The notes: generated from the sequence alone by a model not told the origin. Shown: positions 28,156 through 41,790, numbered from the stretch's first letter. The stretch: 64,000 nucleotides of DNA from Antedon mediterranea (GCF_964355755.1 NC_092678.1:18493365-18557364), one strand, 5' to 3'. Program-made: numbers and translations.

Positions 28156-28875
28156 GCTTATTCTAGGAAAATGAGCGCATTACTGTATTGAAACATTCCA
28201 CGTGCTTGAAGCTTACATCATTGATATCAATAGGCGGCGCACTATTTCCGTTTGAATTCAAGTTTGCGAAGATGACGTCATTGTGTATGAATATTAAGGA
28301 TTGTTTTTATTCAATTTTTAAAGATACAAATATATATTTTTTCAATTTTGAAAATGATGATCAAAGCGATGAACTGATTTCTTTCGAAATTAAAGCTGAT
28401 GATGATGTTCGAAATTAAAGCTGATGATGATGACGTCATTGTGTATTATGAATTAAGCGCCTGTATTTGTCTGTATCTACCTGGTTGTTACTGTGTTGTT
28501 TCTTATATATAGGCGTCCTCCAAATTAGTTAGTGTGAGGATGACGTAATTGTGCATATATTATTAAGTGTCTATGTAATTTATTTTTTTTAAATTAAATT
28601 GTTAATGATTAGATTATTTTTTAATACAGCCGTCCTCTCAGGTGGAGTTTCTTGTTCACCTTTGTCATTCAATCTACATAATTCAGAACTCTATGAACGT
28701 TTTTCCATCAACCGTAACAACTTTGAATGTCGTAATTGTAAGAGTATTAGTAGGCCTACATTCTGGTCATTGATCCAAAATTAGTGAAAGCCTAGTATTC
28801 GTCACTGGCAATTTACCAAAACCAAATTATAAATTAATATATGTACCAACTAAATACTGTACGAACTAGGCCTAC

Positions 28876-29230
28876 TAAAGCTTGGTTCCCACAAGCAACG
28901 CAACGCAACGCAACCGATGCAACGTAAGGAAATGCCATTCCAATAATTGTGTTTTCACACGCCTGCGTGGAATCAAACCTCCTTATTGCGCGTTAACGTT
29001 AGCATGCCGTAAACCTTGACCTGGTTCACTCGGCGTACGTGCTCTACTATGTTTTCCAGTGTTCTTTTGCCTTGCGTGGTTGCGTGAAATCAAACTGATT
29101 TGATTTCCCGTAGCGATGTTTGCAGCACTGTTGCGTCGTCGGTTCCCACTTGTGATTACGCAATGCAGCACTTTGCTTCGATACGTCACTGCCTTAAGTT
29201 TCGTTGCGTTCTAGTGGGAACAACGTTTAA
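28876..29230. mobile_element. MITE family 1 (AGCTTGGTTCCCAC TIR), long form, abutted by a partial short form to ~29350
   Basis: taaagcttggttcccac...ctagtgggaacaacgttta with TWA flanks (PIF/Harbinger-like). Confidence 0.7.
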
Positions 29231-32200
29231 AGCGTGGTTCCCAGTAGGACGCAAGTGAGTTGGCCAATCACAACAATCGGTAGTTCGGATGATTTATCGC
29301 GTCGCGATCGGTCAAATTACTTACGGCGCTTGCGTTACGTCTAAAGTGAGGAAAAAGATTCTCGAAGTAAATGTAATTTTGGATTTTAGATATATTGAAC
29401 TGAAAAATATTTATTTTGGTGGCCCGTCGTATCGACATCTGAAGATATTACTAAAAATAGTTTACCGAAAGTAGGGCATTTTCGAGATTGTTGACGACAT
29501 AAGTAAAGAGAAAGACCTACAGGCACGTATAGTACCCATTTTAGGAAAATGGCAGAATTGCAAATTCCTACAAACGTAATGACGAGTGAAGCCAGAGAGA
29601 GGTCACAGGGGAAGGTGACAGCATAATACGCCAACGGTATCCAGCCTCAGGACCCGCGTGACGTCAATGATTACTATTCCCAATAACGTATAAACTTGTC
29701 TGCTGGTAACCTTCGGCCGAAAGCACTTTAGCTCGGTAAATCAATGGTCCATCTCGTTTATGTCTAGTTTAACCATTTATGAGAAAACGAGTATTGTGTA
29801 AACATGCTCAAACATTACGTTTGTAATTATTACAGCACAGATACTATGATTACCCCGATTGTGAACATTTATTATGTTTAATTAACCTTTGGTCTTTAAC
29901 AAACTGGGCTCATCTTAAGCTTGGTTCCTACAAGCGACAGTTCGAATAATCTATCGTTTGTGATTGGTCAAACCATTGTGTTACGTGAAAACCAAACATT
30001 GGTTTCAAACGTAGTGGCAAATATTTTCCCGCTTCCTTATCGTTAACTTTGAAATCTTGTGTTGTGACGTCAAGGAGCAGAAAGGTTACTGTATATTAGG
30101 TAACCGGTTCCTTATCCTACGACCTTGACATACAGACCGACAGACAAAGAGACAGACGCTCTTTAATCAACTATGAAAGAAAAACATTGACTTCGTACGG
30201 TTAAAAGGTCGTTTATTTTAGTTCGAAATGATTACAAAGCATATTATTACGGTTGGTTTTAAAATACATTTGGGAATTCATAGAATAATTAGTTAATAAA
30301 GGCTAGTATAGCAATTTTTCTGTCGTTTGTGCCTATAACATTGATCGAGAGACACAGGCTGGTGCGCGTAAACATAGTCGTATCAATTTCTATCCGGTTA
30401 AGTTGAATATTGATAAAGTTATATAGTTGAAATCAATTGCATAATCGGGTGCATAATATAGCCTATATGTGTGTATTTGATTGAAGAACAGACTTACAGA
30501 ATACGTATAACTATTACAGAATAGCTAACGTACTCTGGCTCGGCTACGAGTTTGTATGTTTAAATCGTAAAGCAGACATTTTGCATTTTCTAACTAATTA
30601 ATTGAAACATTGTGTAATTGAAATTGCTCGTCTGGGAGGCTTGATGTCTAAGTCATTTATTAAGAATATAAGTTATATATAACAAAGAGCTGCACCAGGT
30701 TGACGTACGATAGATCAAACTAATTATTTAGTTTTTATTTATTTAGTGGATAACGCGTAGAAATGGTAAGAGAAAAAATAAAACTGAAACATTTATACAT
30801 TTACTTTCCCCAAATACATGAAAAATGAAGATTAATAAAAAAAAAAGATTTTTATTAGACCATTTCGCAGTTTTGATAACATTCGTAGAAAAAAAAATAA
30901 AAAATGCTTTTATTTATAAAAAGACAAAATAAACGATTACATTCAACCAAAACCCCATTTACTTCCAATCTATTTCTTCAGGTACATATTTTTTTCGATC
31001 TAATTTTTGGTCAAAGTGAATAACAAAAAAAAGAAAATAAAAAAATGTTTTTCCAGGTAAACAATATATCTTTACAATTGTATTTAAAAGTCAGTTGTTT
31101 TCTGTAGTACAACAATTGATAGTTAACTAGGTTTCTTCTAGAAGAAGTAATACATTATAATTTGTCCAAAATTGTCATCGACTAAAATTATCAATATCTA
31201 TTATATTTCTTACACCAAAAAAAAAAAAAAAAAAAATTGCATACAGAATCGACGAAATTAAGTCCGACGATTTTGAACACATTTGCCAAACCAAAATCTA
31301 ACGAACGCATTCGTCGCAAAGTTTGGATTCCACTATGGATGCAACGCAATAACGTAGACGTGATGCAAATGACGAATAGACCAATGACAGATACCAGTAA
31401 ATAATGACTGGTGATTGGCCAAATCGCTCTTACGTTCTTGCGTTGCGTACTAGTGGGACATGTGATTATAGATGTTAGCTTCAAAATTTATTTGTGATTT
31501 CATAATTAATTGTATTAGCTTAATTTGAACCAATAATTACATAGGGAACAGTAGAAATTCATGCATATAATACATACATTATAAATGTATAGTCTATAAA
31601 AACAACTATTTAAACTGTGGCACATTGAATTCGGTTACCAGCAACTTTAATAATTCCACTTTCATTGCATCTAGTGAATTGATTTTAGAATAATTAAGAC
31701 ATTTAAGGCGATGGGCAACACTGATTTGATTTGGGAAATAAGAAAAAATTACGAACAGAAAATTACATTATAAAGATTTTCCAGCAGGATAGCCCAAACA
31801 GCTTATTTTCATTGGGATTCTTAAGCTTGGATCACATCAAAGTTTACAAATATGTAATTTGACCAATCAAAATGCGATAGATCATCGAAACTCTCGTTTG
31901 TGGTTGGCTAAACTTGCTTGCGTTGTGCCTGTCTACGTCTTTACGTTTGTTGCAGGTACGTGGGAACCAAGTTTTAATATCCTCACGACAAATACGTTTA
32001 CTTTAATTATAGTATGTCATGCCCCCATTTTCACGATTACACATTCAATTTTCAGGTTGTGCCTAAACAAAATACTGTGTCGTTTTGTTGAAACGAGAAA
32101 TTGAGGTTCTTACGTATTAATGTGCATACTTTGTTTTACAGGTGTAGAAATCCGGTCATGTAGGACAAACAGTGTATCGTCTGGAAAGCACGTGGAAGCA

Positions 32201-32561
32201 AATACATACAAAATCGCAGCCAGTTTGTGCTAGCTTAATCATAGACGAGGACTGAACGTTCCTATTGTGTGCGCCACTCGATTACATTGTTGTTACGTTT
32301 AAATAGCAGTACAGTAAAGAAATATCGTTCGGTTAGTATAATTTTCAGCAAGTAATTAATTGACAATATCGTATTTAATGACAATATTTTTTAATCAAAT
32401 AAAGTGATATCAGATTATTAGTCTGTAAACGTTAAATACGGTCTTATTTCGTATCCACCAATCAACACTGAGACTTTGATTGAGTAGATTTAACGTTATC
32501 AAATACGTACTTATTTACCGATTTCATTATCAGACTATACAACATAAAAGTGGTTGTCGGA

Positions 32562-32883
32562 CTAAAGCTTGGTTCCCACCAGGACGTAACACAAGGTAAT
32601 AGACCTAACGTATGCCGCAAGAACATGGCATTGCGTGTTACACGTGGGAACCGACTACTATACGTAAGCACGGTGGTGCCGAGACGTATTCAACACCATT
32701 TCTGCTTTCCGTACGTAAAGCGTGGTTCCCACTAGCGACGCAACGCAAGGACGTAACGCAACGCAAGTGAATTGACCAATCACAAGCGATTGTGATTGCC
32801 AACTGTCTATAACTTCGTTTGTCATTGGTTAAATCACTTGCGTTTCGTTTACGTCCTTGTTACGTTCTAGTGGGAACCAAGCT
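32562..32883. mobile_element. MITE family 1: truncated long form joined to a complete short palindromic form (32716-32883)
   Basis: Two left TIRs (32562, 32716) and one right TIR ctagtgggaaccaagct. Confidence 0.75.
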
Positions 32884-33764
32884 CTCCAGACGATACACTG
32901 TTTGTCCTACATGACCGGATTTCTACACATGTAAAACAAAGTATGCACATTAATACGTAAGAACCTCAATGCGAAATTGATAGAAGAGTATTTAAGGTCT
33001 GTCTACAATACCTACACTACACTATCATTGACTACAAAAAAGTGTGATGTGCCCAAACTATGGTAGTGAAAAGACATAATTGTGTGATACATTATTTTTT
33101 GTCACATAAAGTTTGAGAGTGTAGACAGAGCTTTACGTCGCGTCATTATATTGCGTTGCGGCAGGTTTTTGTTTATACTGGCAATGGTTGCCAGCGTTAC
33201 GTAATTACATAAGGCTGCTTCGTTGTATGTCCCAGTATAATATACGATTCTCAAACGCAGTACGATTGGATGGACAGATCTTTAAAATAAATGAATACTA
33301 ACTTATCGGTACTTCATCTATAAACACCGCATTAAATTACATTCACAATAGTTCCTATGTATCCTGCAAATATAAACAATATTTTAATTTACCCTAAATA
33401 CAGCGCTTTTATGTGACATTATCACTGTACATTATTCAATTACACATGTGACGATGTATTATTGAACAATCTACGATACTGGGTAAATTGCAGATACAGT
33501 GTGGAGAGAATCGGCTCTAAAATAATATAGTTCTATCGGGTTCAAGGTTATTATTGCCAATGTAACTATGTTTTACGACATGTAAAGGAATTATTATTTC
33601 TATGTGATATTAGACATTCAACCGGGCGCCATTATAGACACACGGGACTAAAGCAAATCAATTAAACATAATGTGATGAACGTAATAACTCAATGCACTG
33701 TCAAACTAATTATATGAGGCGTGTTCATGTATCAAATGTAACCAAGTATCATCAATTTCGTTTC

Positions 33765-33953
33765 TTAAGCGTGGTTCCCATTAGAACGCAACGCAGCGAC
33801 GTATTGACGCAGAGTGATGTATTGCGTAAGCAGTGGGAACCGACGATGCAACAGTACTGCAAAGTCGCAGGTTTGTTTTCACGCAGGCGGGGGCAAACAC
33901 AATTATTGAAAGGGCATTTTCTTAGGTTGCGTCGCTAGTCGGAACACAGCTTT
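33765..33953. mobile_element. MITE family 1, internally deleted long form
   Basis: ttaagcgtggttcccattag...ctagtcggaacacagcttta; the interior matches 28900-28970 and 29130-29220 inverted. Confidence 0.65.
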
Positions 33954-34115
33954 AAGCTCTGTCTACACTATCAAACTTTATATGAAAATGTGATGTGTTG
34001 ATAATAGGGAAATAGTGATGTCATAATTATCACTAGCATGTTTAAGCATATCACAACCATATCTGGGCACATCGCATTTTTTGTCAAACTACTTTGATAG
34101 TGTAGACAGAGCTTA
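33951..34115. mobile_element. MITE family 2 (AGCTCTGTCTACACTATCAAA TIR)
   Basis: taagctctgtctacactatcaaa...tttgatagtgtagacagagctta. Other copies at 32992-33135 and 17525-17648. Confidence 0.75.
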
Positions 34116-34489
34116 AAAATGCAATTACTGAATCATAACATGCATGTCCATTGCCTACCAAAGATACGCTGGTGTAGTCTTGAATATTTCATGTTTCATA
34201 CAGTACATGTAACTTCTTTTTCCTAACCTACGTTTCCAAATGTTAATGTCAAATTTCAAAGCGTTAACAGCTGACTGTCCTTTGGCTAATTGTTTTCAAT
34301 CATTTATTTTTATATTAGATTAGACCTTCTGGAAGAACTTCCTATCTGGAAAACTATTCCAGGAAAAGGCAGATACCGAATAAGAATAGCCAGAGGAACA
34401 AACTTGAGAGGAATGAACGAATTTAGGAAGGCACAATGGAGAAACAGAAGAAATGGCAACTGGGAAAAAGTTATGTTGTACAATAAAGA

Positions 34490-35230
34490 TGGAACGACAG
34501 GAGGACAATTGGTGATAAATACACGTAGTGAAGACATGACACGAGATAAATGGCAATAACTAGATAGGAGTTAAAGAAGTAAACAAAAATAGATCGACAG
34601 GAGGACAATTGGTGATAAATACACAAAGTGAAGAGAGGAAACGAGATGAATGGCAATAACTAGACAAGAGTTAAAGAACTAACCAGAGATAGAATAACAG
34701 GAGGAAAATTGGTGATGAATAAACGAAGTGAAAAAATGAAATGAGATGAATGGCAGGAACTGGACGAGAGTTCAAGAACTAAACAGAGATAGAACAATGA
34801 CGAGAGGACAATTGGTGATGAATACACGAAGTGAAGAAATGAAACGAGATGAATGGCAAGAACTGAACAAGAGTTAAAGAACTAAATAGAGATAGAACCA
34901 CAGGAGGACAAACAATTGGTGATGAATACACGAAGTAACTAAAAATAAAACTGGATGAATGGCAAGAACTGGGAAAGAGAAGAGTTAAAAAACTAAATAG
35001 AGATAGAACAACGACGGCAGGACAATTGGTGATGAATACACAAAGTGAAGAAATGAAACGAGATGAATGGCAAGAACTGGACAAGCATTAAAGAACTAAA
35101 TAGAGATAGAACAACAGGAGGACAATTGGTGATGAATACACGAAGTGAAGAAATGAAACAAGATGAATGGCAAGAAAGAACTGGACAAGAGTTAAAGAAC
35201 TAAATACAATTGGTAATGAATAAGACGAAG
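34490..35230. repeat. About 100-bp purine-rich diverged tandem repeat (~8 copies)
   Basis: The core (g)acaattggtgat recurs at ~34503, 34602, 34703, 34806, 34912, 35020, 35120 and 35207. Confidence 0.85.
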
Positions 35231-36499
35231 AGAAGAGAGGAATGAATGGAAAGGAAGATTGAAGAAATTAAACGAGATTAATGGAAGGAGGAAGATTGGT
35301 GATGAAATATTAAGTGAAGAGAAAAATAACAAACACAAGAGAAAAACAGGATTTGTGAAAGTCGGCTTGGCACATGCTTTTCGCTCACCACCTTCGATGT
35401 CTACATCTAGGCTTGTGATGATGAGGCTGATCTTGATCACTTCAATCACTTGTACAACTCTGTATTCCATTGGTATTACCGATAACTTAGGCTGTTTCCA
35501 ATTATGGTAAGACCTTAGATTTTCTTACTTTTTTTTGCTTCAATCCAGATAATCACTAAATGGGGAAAAATGCTTTATTTATAAAACCAGTGATGTTTAT
35601 CTTCCAATTTTTAATTTCTTTGGCGTAGAAGATTATTGAGAATGGAAAATAGAATACCGTAAGAAGACCAAGAAGCAAGAAATCTATAAATATACAGTAG
35701 TAGGCCTTAACATTAACACCTTTTTACTCAGGTAAGCCATATGGTGTTATTGAACAAATGTACATTAAAACACAATATATGATTCATAAACCTTTTACCC
35801 TTTAGTTAAAATTTTAAAACCTAGGCTGACAAAATACATAACAAAAGCCTAGCTATTCTACTGACATTTGGGGATATATTATGTTAAGGAGGCATCGTGC
35901 CATTTCGGCAAACCACAGCAAATGGAGCGTGCTTATGCCTTTTAAACGGCATTATAATCCAGAAATGAGTTAATAACTTCCGCACTCATTTGCCGACGTG
36001 CCGTTACCACGGACTATGTTCGCACAAAATCATTGTGTTGTTTAAAACGCGTTAAGAAATTTGACGGTTGGTGGCCTGCTAATAACAAACAGCCATGAAC
36101 CTTTAGCAGACATACACGTTTTTCGCGCCCTTTTAAGTCGCATCGTCTACTGTCCACGCTGCATATATTTTGTACGCATTGCGAAGTTTCGTTTCATTTC
36201 AGTGCGCTTATGACGCACTAACCTCTGGCACGTGAAACCCAAAAATATATTTACGAGCCGGATGTACAGATAACGAAGTAATAAAAACAAATTGACCTAC
36301 TCAATCAAATCAATTATGTTGGTTATTATTATAATTAAATTTCTTTTATTTCGGAAACATTTAATCAATATCTAATAAATTTAAAACAGAAAACAAAGAA
36401 AAAGCATCAGTTAGATTATAATATATTACTTCAGAAGTAACTTAACTGCAGCGCCAATTTATTTTTAACGAACCAGTACTTTGTGGAATCTTTCGTAAC

Positions 36500-37157
36500 T
36501 TGTAATTTATTAAAATGTCCTTGAAAAGAAAGAGAAATAATTAATGTGTGATTGTCTAATAAACTTCTCGAATGAGCTGATTAAAATTATTATTTATCTT
36601 TATACCTAAATGACTTCCAAATGGACAAATCGGCAAATTGACAATAATCAGACTCAAACTCACGCAATATAAATATGTCAAACGCTAACCTATAGTATTT
36701 AGTACTACTTCCAATTTCTAAGCTAATTATATAAATAAATGGTATACGCTATCTGTTTTTAGAATTTATGAATGAATCTGCATTTAAAAAAAAACGTAAT
36801 TAACTGGAACCAGGAAAGTCACTCTTCCTTGACTGAAACTCACGAATATCATTCACTGGGTCAATGAACCATTGCATTGAATCTAATCTAGCTAGTTCGT
36901 CAAACGATGATTTCTGTACTAAACAGTACCGTGCAGCATTGCTTTTACCATAATCGAATTGTTTTGAACAATAGCGATCATTTCCAAAAAAAGTTTTCAA
37001 AAGTTTGCTGCAGTAGTGTAGACTAGTTGATAAACAGTAAACTGTGCCTCTGTCTTGGTTGTTCTCTGAGCAAGGTAAATGTGTTTCTTGCTCCTTTGTT
37101 TGGTCACCTAGGTAGGACCGCGACAAGACGAAAACGTCCAAAGAAATTGCATTTTAT
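36500..37157 (-). other. FHIT: Probable non-coding terminal exon (3' UTR) of FHIT
   Basis: Donor-like A|GTAATT 1 nt after the stop (37320) and acceptor cctgacag at 37158. Human FHIT also has a non-coding last exon. AATAAA on the minus strand near 36506. Confidence 0.4.
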
Positions 37158-37321
37158 CTGTCAGGAATTTGTATGATTTTGTTTTTTTATTTTAAATGGG
37201 CCTTGAGCACTCTTGAGTGGTGTGTTCGCTATAAAAATCTTGTTATTATTATGTTATTATCACTCACATTCCTGAGTATTTAAAGAGATAGTAATATACA
37301 ACGGCCAATAAATTAATTACT

Positions 37322-37450
37322 TTATATATTTTGGGTATGTATTTTATCAAATAGATTTCTCAGTGCAGAAGCTTCCTCTGCCATGTCTTCATCTGATCTC
37401 CATTTCCCACCTTTCTTGTCTACATGCAGTTTATTATTATGCCGTTCAAT
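37322..37450 (-). CDS. FHIT: FHIT last coding exon
   Basis: tcttttcag|IERHNNKLHVDKKGGKWRSDEDMAEEASALRNLFDKIHTQNI*, 129 nt; cf. human WRSEEEMAAEAAALR. Confidence 0.9.
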   Translation of the reverse strand: MERHNNKLHVDKKGGKWRSDEDMAEEASALRNLFDKIHTQNI

Positions 37451-37494
37451 CTGAAAAGATTGAAATATTGAAAAAATATTATCATTTGAATTGG

Positions 37495-37905
37495 AAATAT
37501 GTGATAATGTTCAATCTGAAAGGATTGAAATACTTAGCATAATAAATTATCATTTGAAGTTGAAAAATGTGATAATGTTTAATCTGATTGGATTGAAATA
37601 TCAACATTATTATTTTAATGTGATAATGTTCAATCTGATTGGATTGGAATATCAACATTATTATTTTAATGTGATAATGTTCAATCTGATTGGATTGGAA
37701 TATCAACATTATTATTTTAATGTGATAATGTTCAATCTGATTGGATTGGAATATCAACATTATTATTTTAATGTGATAATGTTCAATCTGATTGGATTGG
37801 AATATCAACATTATTATTTTAATGTGATAATGTTCAATCTGATTGGATTGAAATATCAACATTATTATTTTAATGTGATAATTTTCAATCTGAAAGGAAT
37901 AAAAT
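37495..37905 (-). repeat. 51-bp minisatellite (~8 copies) built from the FHIT last-coding-exon acceptor junction
   Basis: caatctga at 37631, 37682, 37733, 37784, 37835, 37886 plus diverged copies at ~37512 and ~37580. The minus strand reads cag|ATTGAAC, like the true acceptor. Confidence 0.9.
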
Positions 37906-40900
37906 ATCGAACATATATTTTCATTTTTATTCTATATAAACAATTGAGTTCTTAAAGTAGTGCATTGTTGTGTGTAAATAGGTATAATGCGCCAGTTTAC
38001 AGAAAACCTTTTAGGCCTAACCACATACAAATCTAAAAGAAATCCATTCTACTTTATTAGTTGATTTTTTTTAACTTAAAAGGATACTTTTCTAAGATAG
38101 CAATATCCTTAAATAAACGACGCAATTTCGGTAATTACGGTAATTACATCACTCACAAACCTAATAAAATAATGACAACATCCTTATAATGTGATTGGTG
38201 CAAATTACACCACCTACGGAAAAAACTGTAAAATGCACACGCTATCACATTTTTTTTATGTTACCACTATACAAGTGAAAGACATCACGACCATACCAGG
38301 ATATTTTACAACTCTAATTAGAACAGCAAAACATTGATAATTATTGGAATGAATCTGGAAAAGGTCAGGCTATTGTTGTTAATAAGCGACATAAAGTTGA
38401 ACTCTAAATGCACGACTGCATTGCAATGGGTTTCTGGAAATGATGGTCATTATGATTTTTTCAAGGTTTTCAAAGGGTAGATACAGGTTAAACAATTTAC
38501 ATTATTTTAAATGCAACATTTGAAAAAAAAAAGTTCAACAAAAGCAGTGTGAATATTGTGTTCAGGACTTTTCTGTACTGTTATAAGAAAGCAATTTTAC
38601 TGACACCGAGTAACTATAATAAAATTTGTATTTTTCAATGCAAATATTATAGGTAAATATATTATATAGTTTTCCTACAGAAATATTTCTTAAGTTTACA
38701 TAAATGAGGGTTAATTTTTGTGATTTTCCTAGGAAAATGGTTTGGTTTATATACTTTTGTGTGTCCTAAATTTAAATAAATAAATTAAAATGGTCAAATA
38801 GCACCACTTTTAAAGAAAAAATGGACTCTCGTCACGTCACTTGTTCTGTTTAACATTTTTCGGAAAAATGTGTTATATCTTATAATAAACAACATAGATT
38901 TTAAAGCTGGATCTATCCTTTAAGCTTTTTCCAAGAAACTGTTAATTCTTTGCTTAAATAACTATTTTATTAATATTTATTCATTGATAATTATTTCTTA
39001 GTAAAATATTAATAACCAACCACAACAATTTACTTTCCAAGAGTAATTTCAAACAATAATTTGATAAAACAGTTACAGTTTTAATTAGTGATGTAATTTA
39101 AAGCATGGTTGCTTTGTAATGTTTTTTCTGGAACTAAGGTTATGCACTCTCTCCAAGGTTTCTATGGAATTACAAAATCATTCATTTTTTACGTTGCCAC
39201 GTACAAAGAGCTACAACGAACAGAAAAAAGCAACTATATATTTTTCTTAGCTTCGCAGCTACTGGTTTAAAATTGGTATTTCTTATTTAAAATATACACC
39301 TTTTCAACAACATAATAACCTCACTTATTTTTCGACAGCCGTGAGAAGCAGAATGAAATTTATGAAATAATCTGTATTAGTTTGACTCAAATGTATGTGT
39401 ATATATTGAGAATAATTTGATTATACCAAGTTCCCAACCAGTCATACTACATTAAACATTTCCTCTAGCTTATGCTTGTACCTACACATTCCAAGGTATT
39501 TTGGTTCAAATCCTGTGGGATACCATATTTGTTTTTCTTTCAATCATTATCATTAGAAAAGATTTTGTTAAATAACAAATTTATTATTGATTAATATTGA
39601 AAATTGTTATTGATCGCTATTGATTATTCTTTCTATTACGTACAACTGGAAAATGCTGTTTGATAGCTTTTGTATATATATCCTTATTATGATCATTATT
39701 AAAATATCTTAATAATATAAAACATTATTTCCAAATTCAAATGTAACATTGAAAACATTCAATCACTTTTTTTAATAAATGTTTTCTATTAAGTAATAAT
39801 AAACCAGTTTAATTTTGTGAAGAAACAAAATTATTCTGACCCAAAAACAACTATTTTGTGATTAGATAGATTGCATTTGATGATCCGTAAACACAATTCA
39901 AGGCTACTGCTGTGTCTTGTCTTAAAAAAACACATTCTTACATAGAACCATGTAGAAAAAAAAAGTATAACTAAGAATCTACCTAAAGAATAATCTAAAT
40001 GTTGGTGTATTTTATATGAATCACACTAGCTAGTAAGTCTAGACAGTAAGTAGGTCTCCAATAGTGAAGTTGTTGGTAATAAAAGAGAGAAAAACTCTTT
40101 TTCCATTTCATTGTGAAAATAATCAGATTCGCACATACAGTAGGCTTCCTTTAAATTAAATCTGCATATCAATCATAAAATGTAAAGTTTGAATCTTTAT
40201 TGGAGTTATTCGTCCACTATTTTTTATTTAGTTTGATGCTTACAGTTAGTGAGCAGGTAACTAACCAAGGAGTACTAAAGATAAAGCAATCCAGCACTGC
40301 CTGAATGAACTGGAATAAAAGAAATAGAAACAGGAGGCACGGGTTAGAATAAGAATAGAAAACAATTAAAATAGCCTACTTGGTAGATATAAACAACTTA
40401 GGAATGCAGAAATAAATAATAAAAATACATATATAATTAGAATTAGTAAAGATGGATTGCTATGCACAAAATGTTAGCAGGACGGCACATATGCCTAAAG
40501 AGTTATATTTGGACCTACCAGAAATGACATCAATACAAAAGAGATGGATAAGTCAAAGGTGAAAAAGTTAAAGTTGACATGTTGTGGATTTGCTGAAAGA
40601 GCATACATATGCTGGATAGGAAGGAATGGAGGTCCAAATTTGAGGTCTGTCAGAAGATTGTGTTATCTATAGAAAAAGCTTATGTTTTAATACTAGGTAT
40701 AACATACTATTATTTGGTTGGCTATCAAGGAACAGCATAAAATGTAGGGCATACTCTATGAAATGTGGCACACAATATTGATGTAATAGTTAAGGTCGTC
40801 AGATTTTAATAGTTTCGACACCTTCAAGAATTCTCATTCAGAAAACATGCCACCAAGAAAATTAGAAATTTACTTAAAACACACAGCATACTACTACAGT

Positions 40901-41790
40901 TGATATAATACTGTGGACTTTTCTAATTAATAATACAACATAAAAAGTAGGTCTAAACTAATTTAGAAATATGATTTCTGGAGTGTTATACACATCTCTA
41001 GTTTATATTTCATATAATCTTCCATTTAAACTTTTCACCTTGATTTAATGGAATAATCCAGGTCACTAACCAAAGGTTAAATACCTGTAGTAAATGATTA
41101 GTTTCAAATTAATTAGCTAATGCTTTTAATGAATAATGCTTTAAAAGAGTATATATTATTTTTATTTAGTTTTTCTCATACATACAACTTACTCTATAAA
41201 GAAAGTTTTACTTATCTAAAAGATGCATTAATGCATTAGTACATGCTACTTTAACAGCTCCATTTAAATCGAACCCGATTATGTGTGCAGCATCTTCACA
41301 TATGGCATAATTTGTCAAGGATCATATGAAAATTTTGTAATAAAATGTCCCATGTATCACATGTAACACCTGTATTATGTTACGCTTAGGTTATGCATAT
41401 GATGTCACATGTGATACTACGTGAAAATGTAAACAGAATTATAAATGTTAAAAAACGAAGAAAAAAGCTGTTGTATATAAAAAAAATCATTGCATAGCGT
41501 AAAAGCTCAGGGAAAGCATTTGCACATGTAATAATAATATCATGGATCTATATAGCGCCTAATGTTGTGAAACCTCTAAGCGCTGTACATAAACTAAAAT
41601 GATGAAAGGGATTCCAACCATAACAAAAAAAAACTGAAGGGACAAACCTTCTTCACTAAGCAGTGATCGGTCTAATTAAAACCCGGTTAGCACCAGTAGG
41701 CGCCTCCTGCGCTACATGTGCTTTAGCCGCTTCTTAAACTCTGATATTGATAGGAAATATCAATAGAGGGCAGCAAATACAAAATGTTAC

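Noticed and set aside
28599-28784. Exon-like ORF with CxxC
   Set aside because: No partner exons or recognisable domain; too short to support.
36800-37141. 113-aa minus-strand ORF just downstream of FHIT
   Set aside because: It has a TTG start and an in-frame TAA at 37156-37154, so the acceptor at 37158 cannot feed it. No recognisable motif; better explained as FHIT 3' UTR.
37491-37955. 154-aa plus-strand repeat ORF
   Set aside because: By-product of the 51-bp minisatellite; no gene context on the + strand.
40210-40680. Decayed LINE 3' fragment in the FHIT intron
   Set aside because: Composition is suggestive, but I could not read any RT or endonuclease motif.
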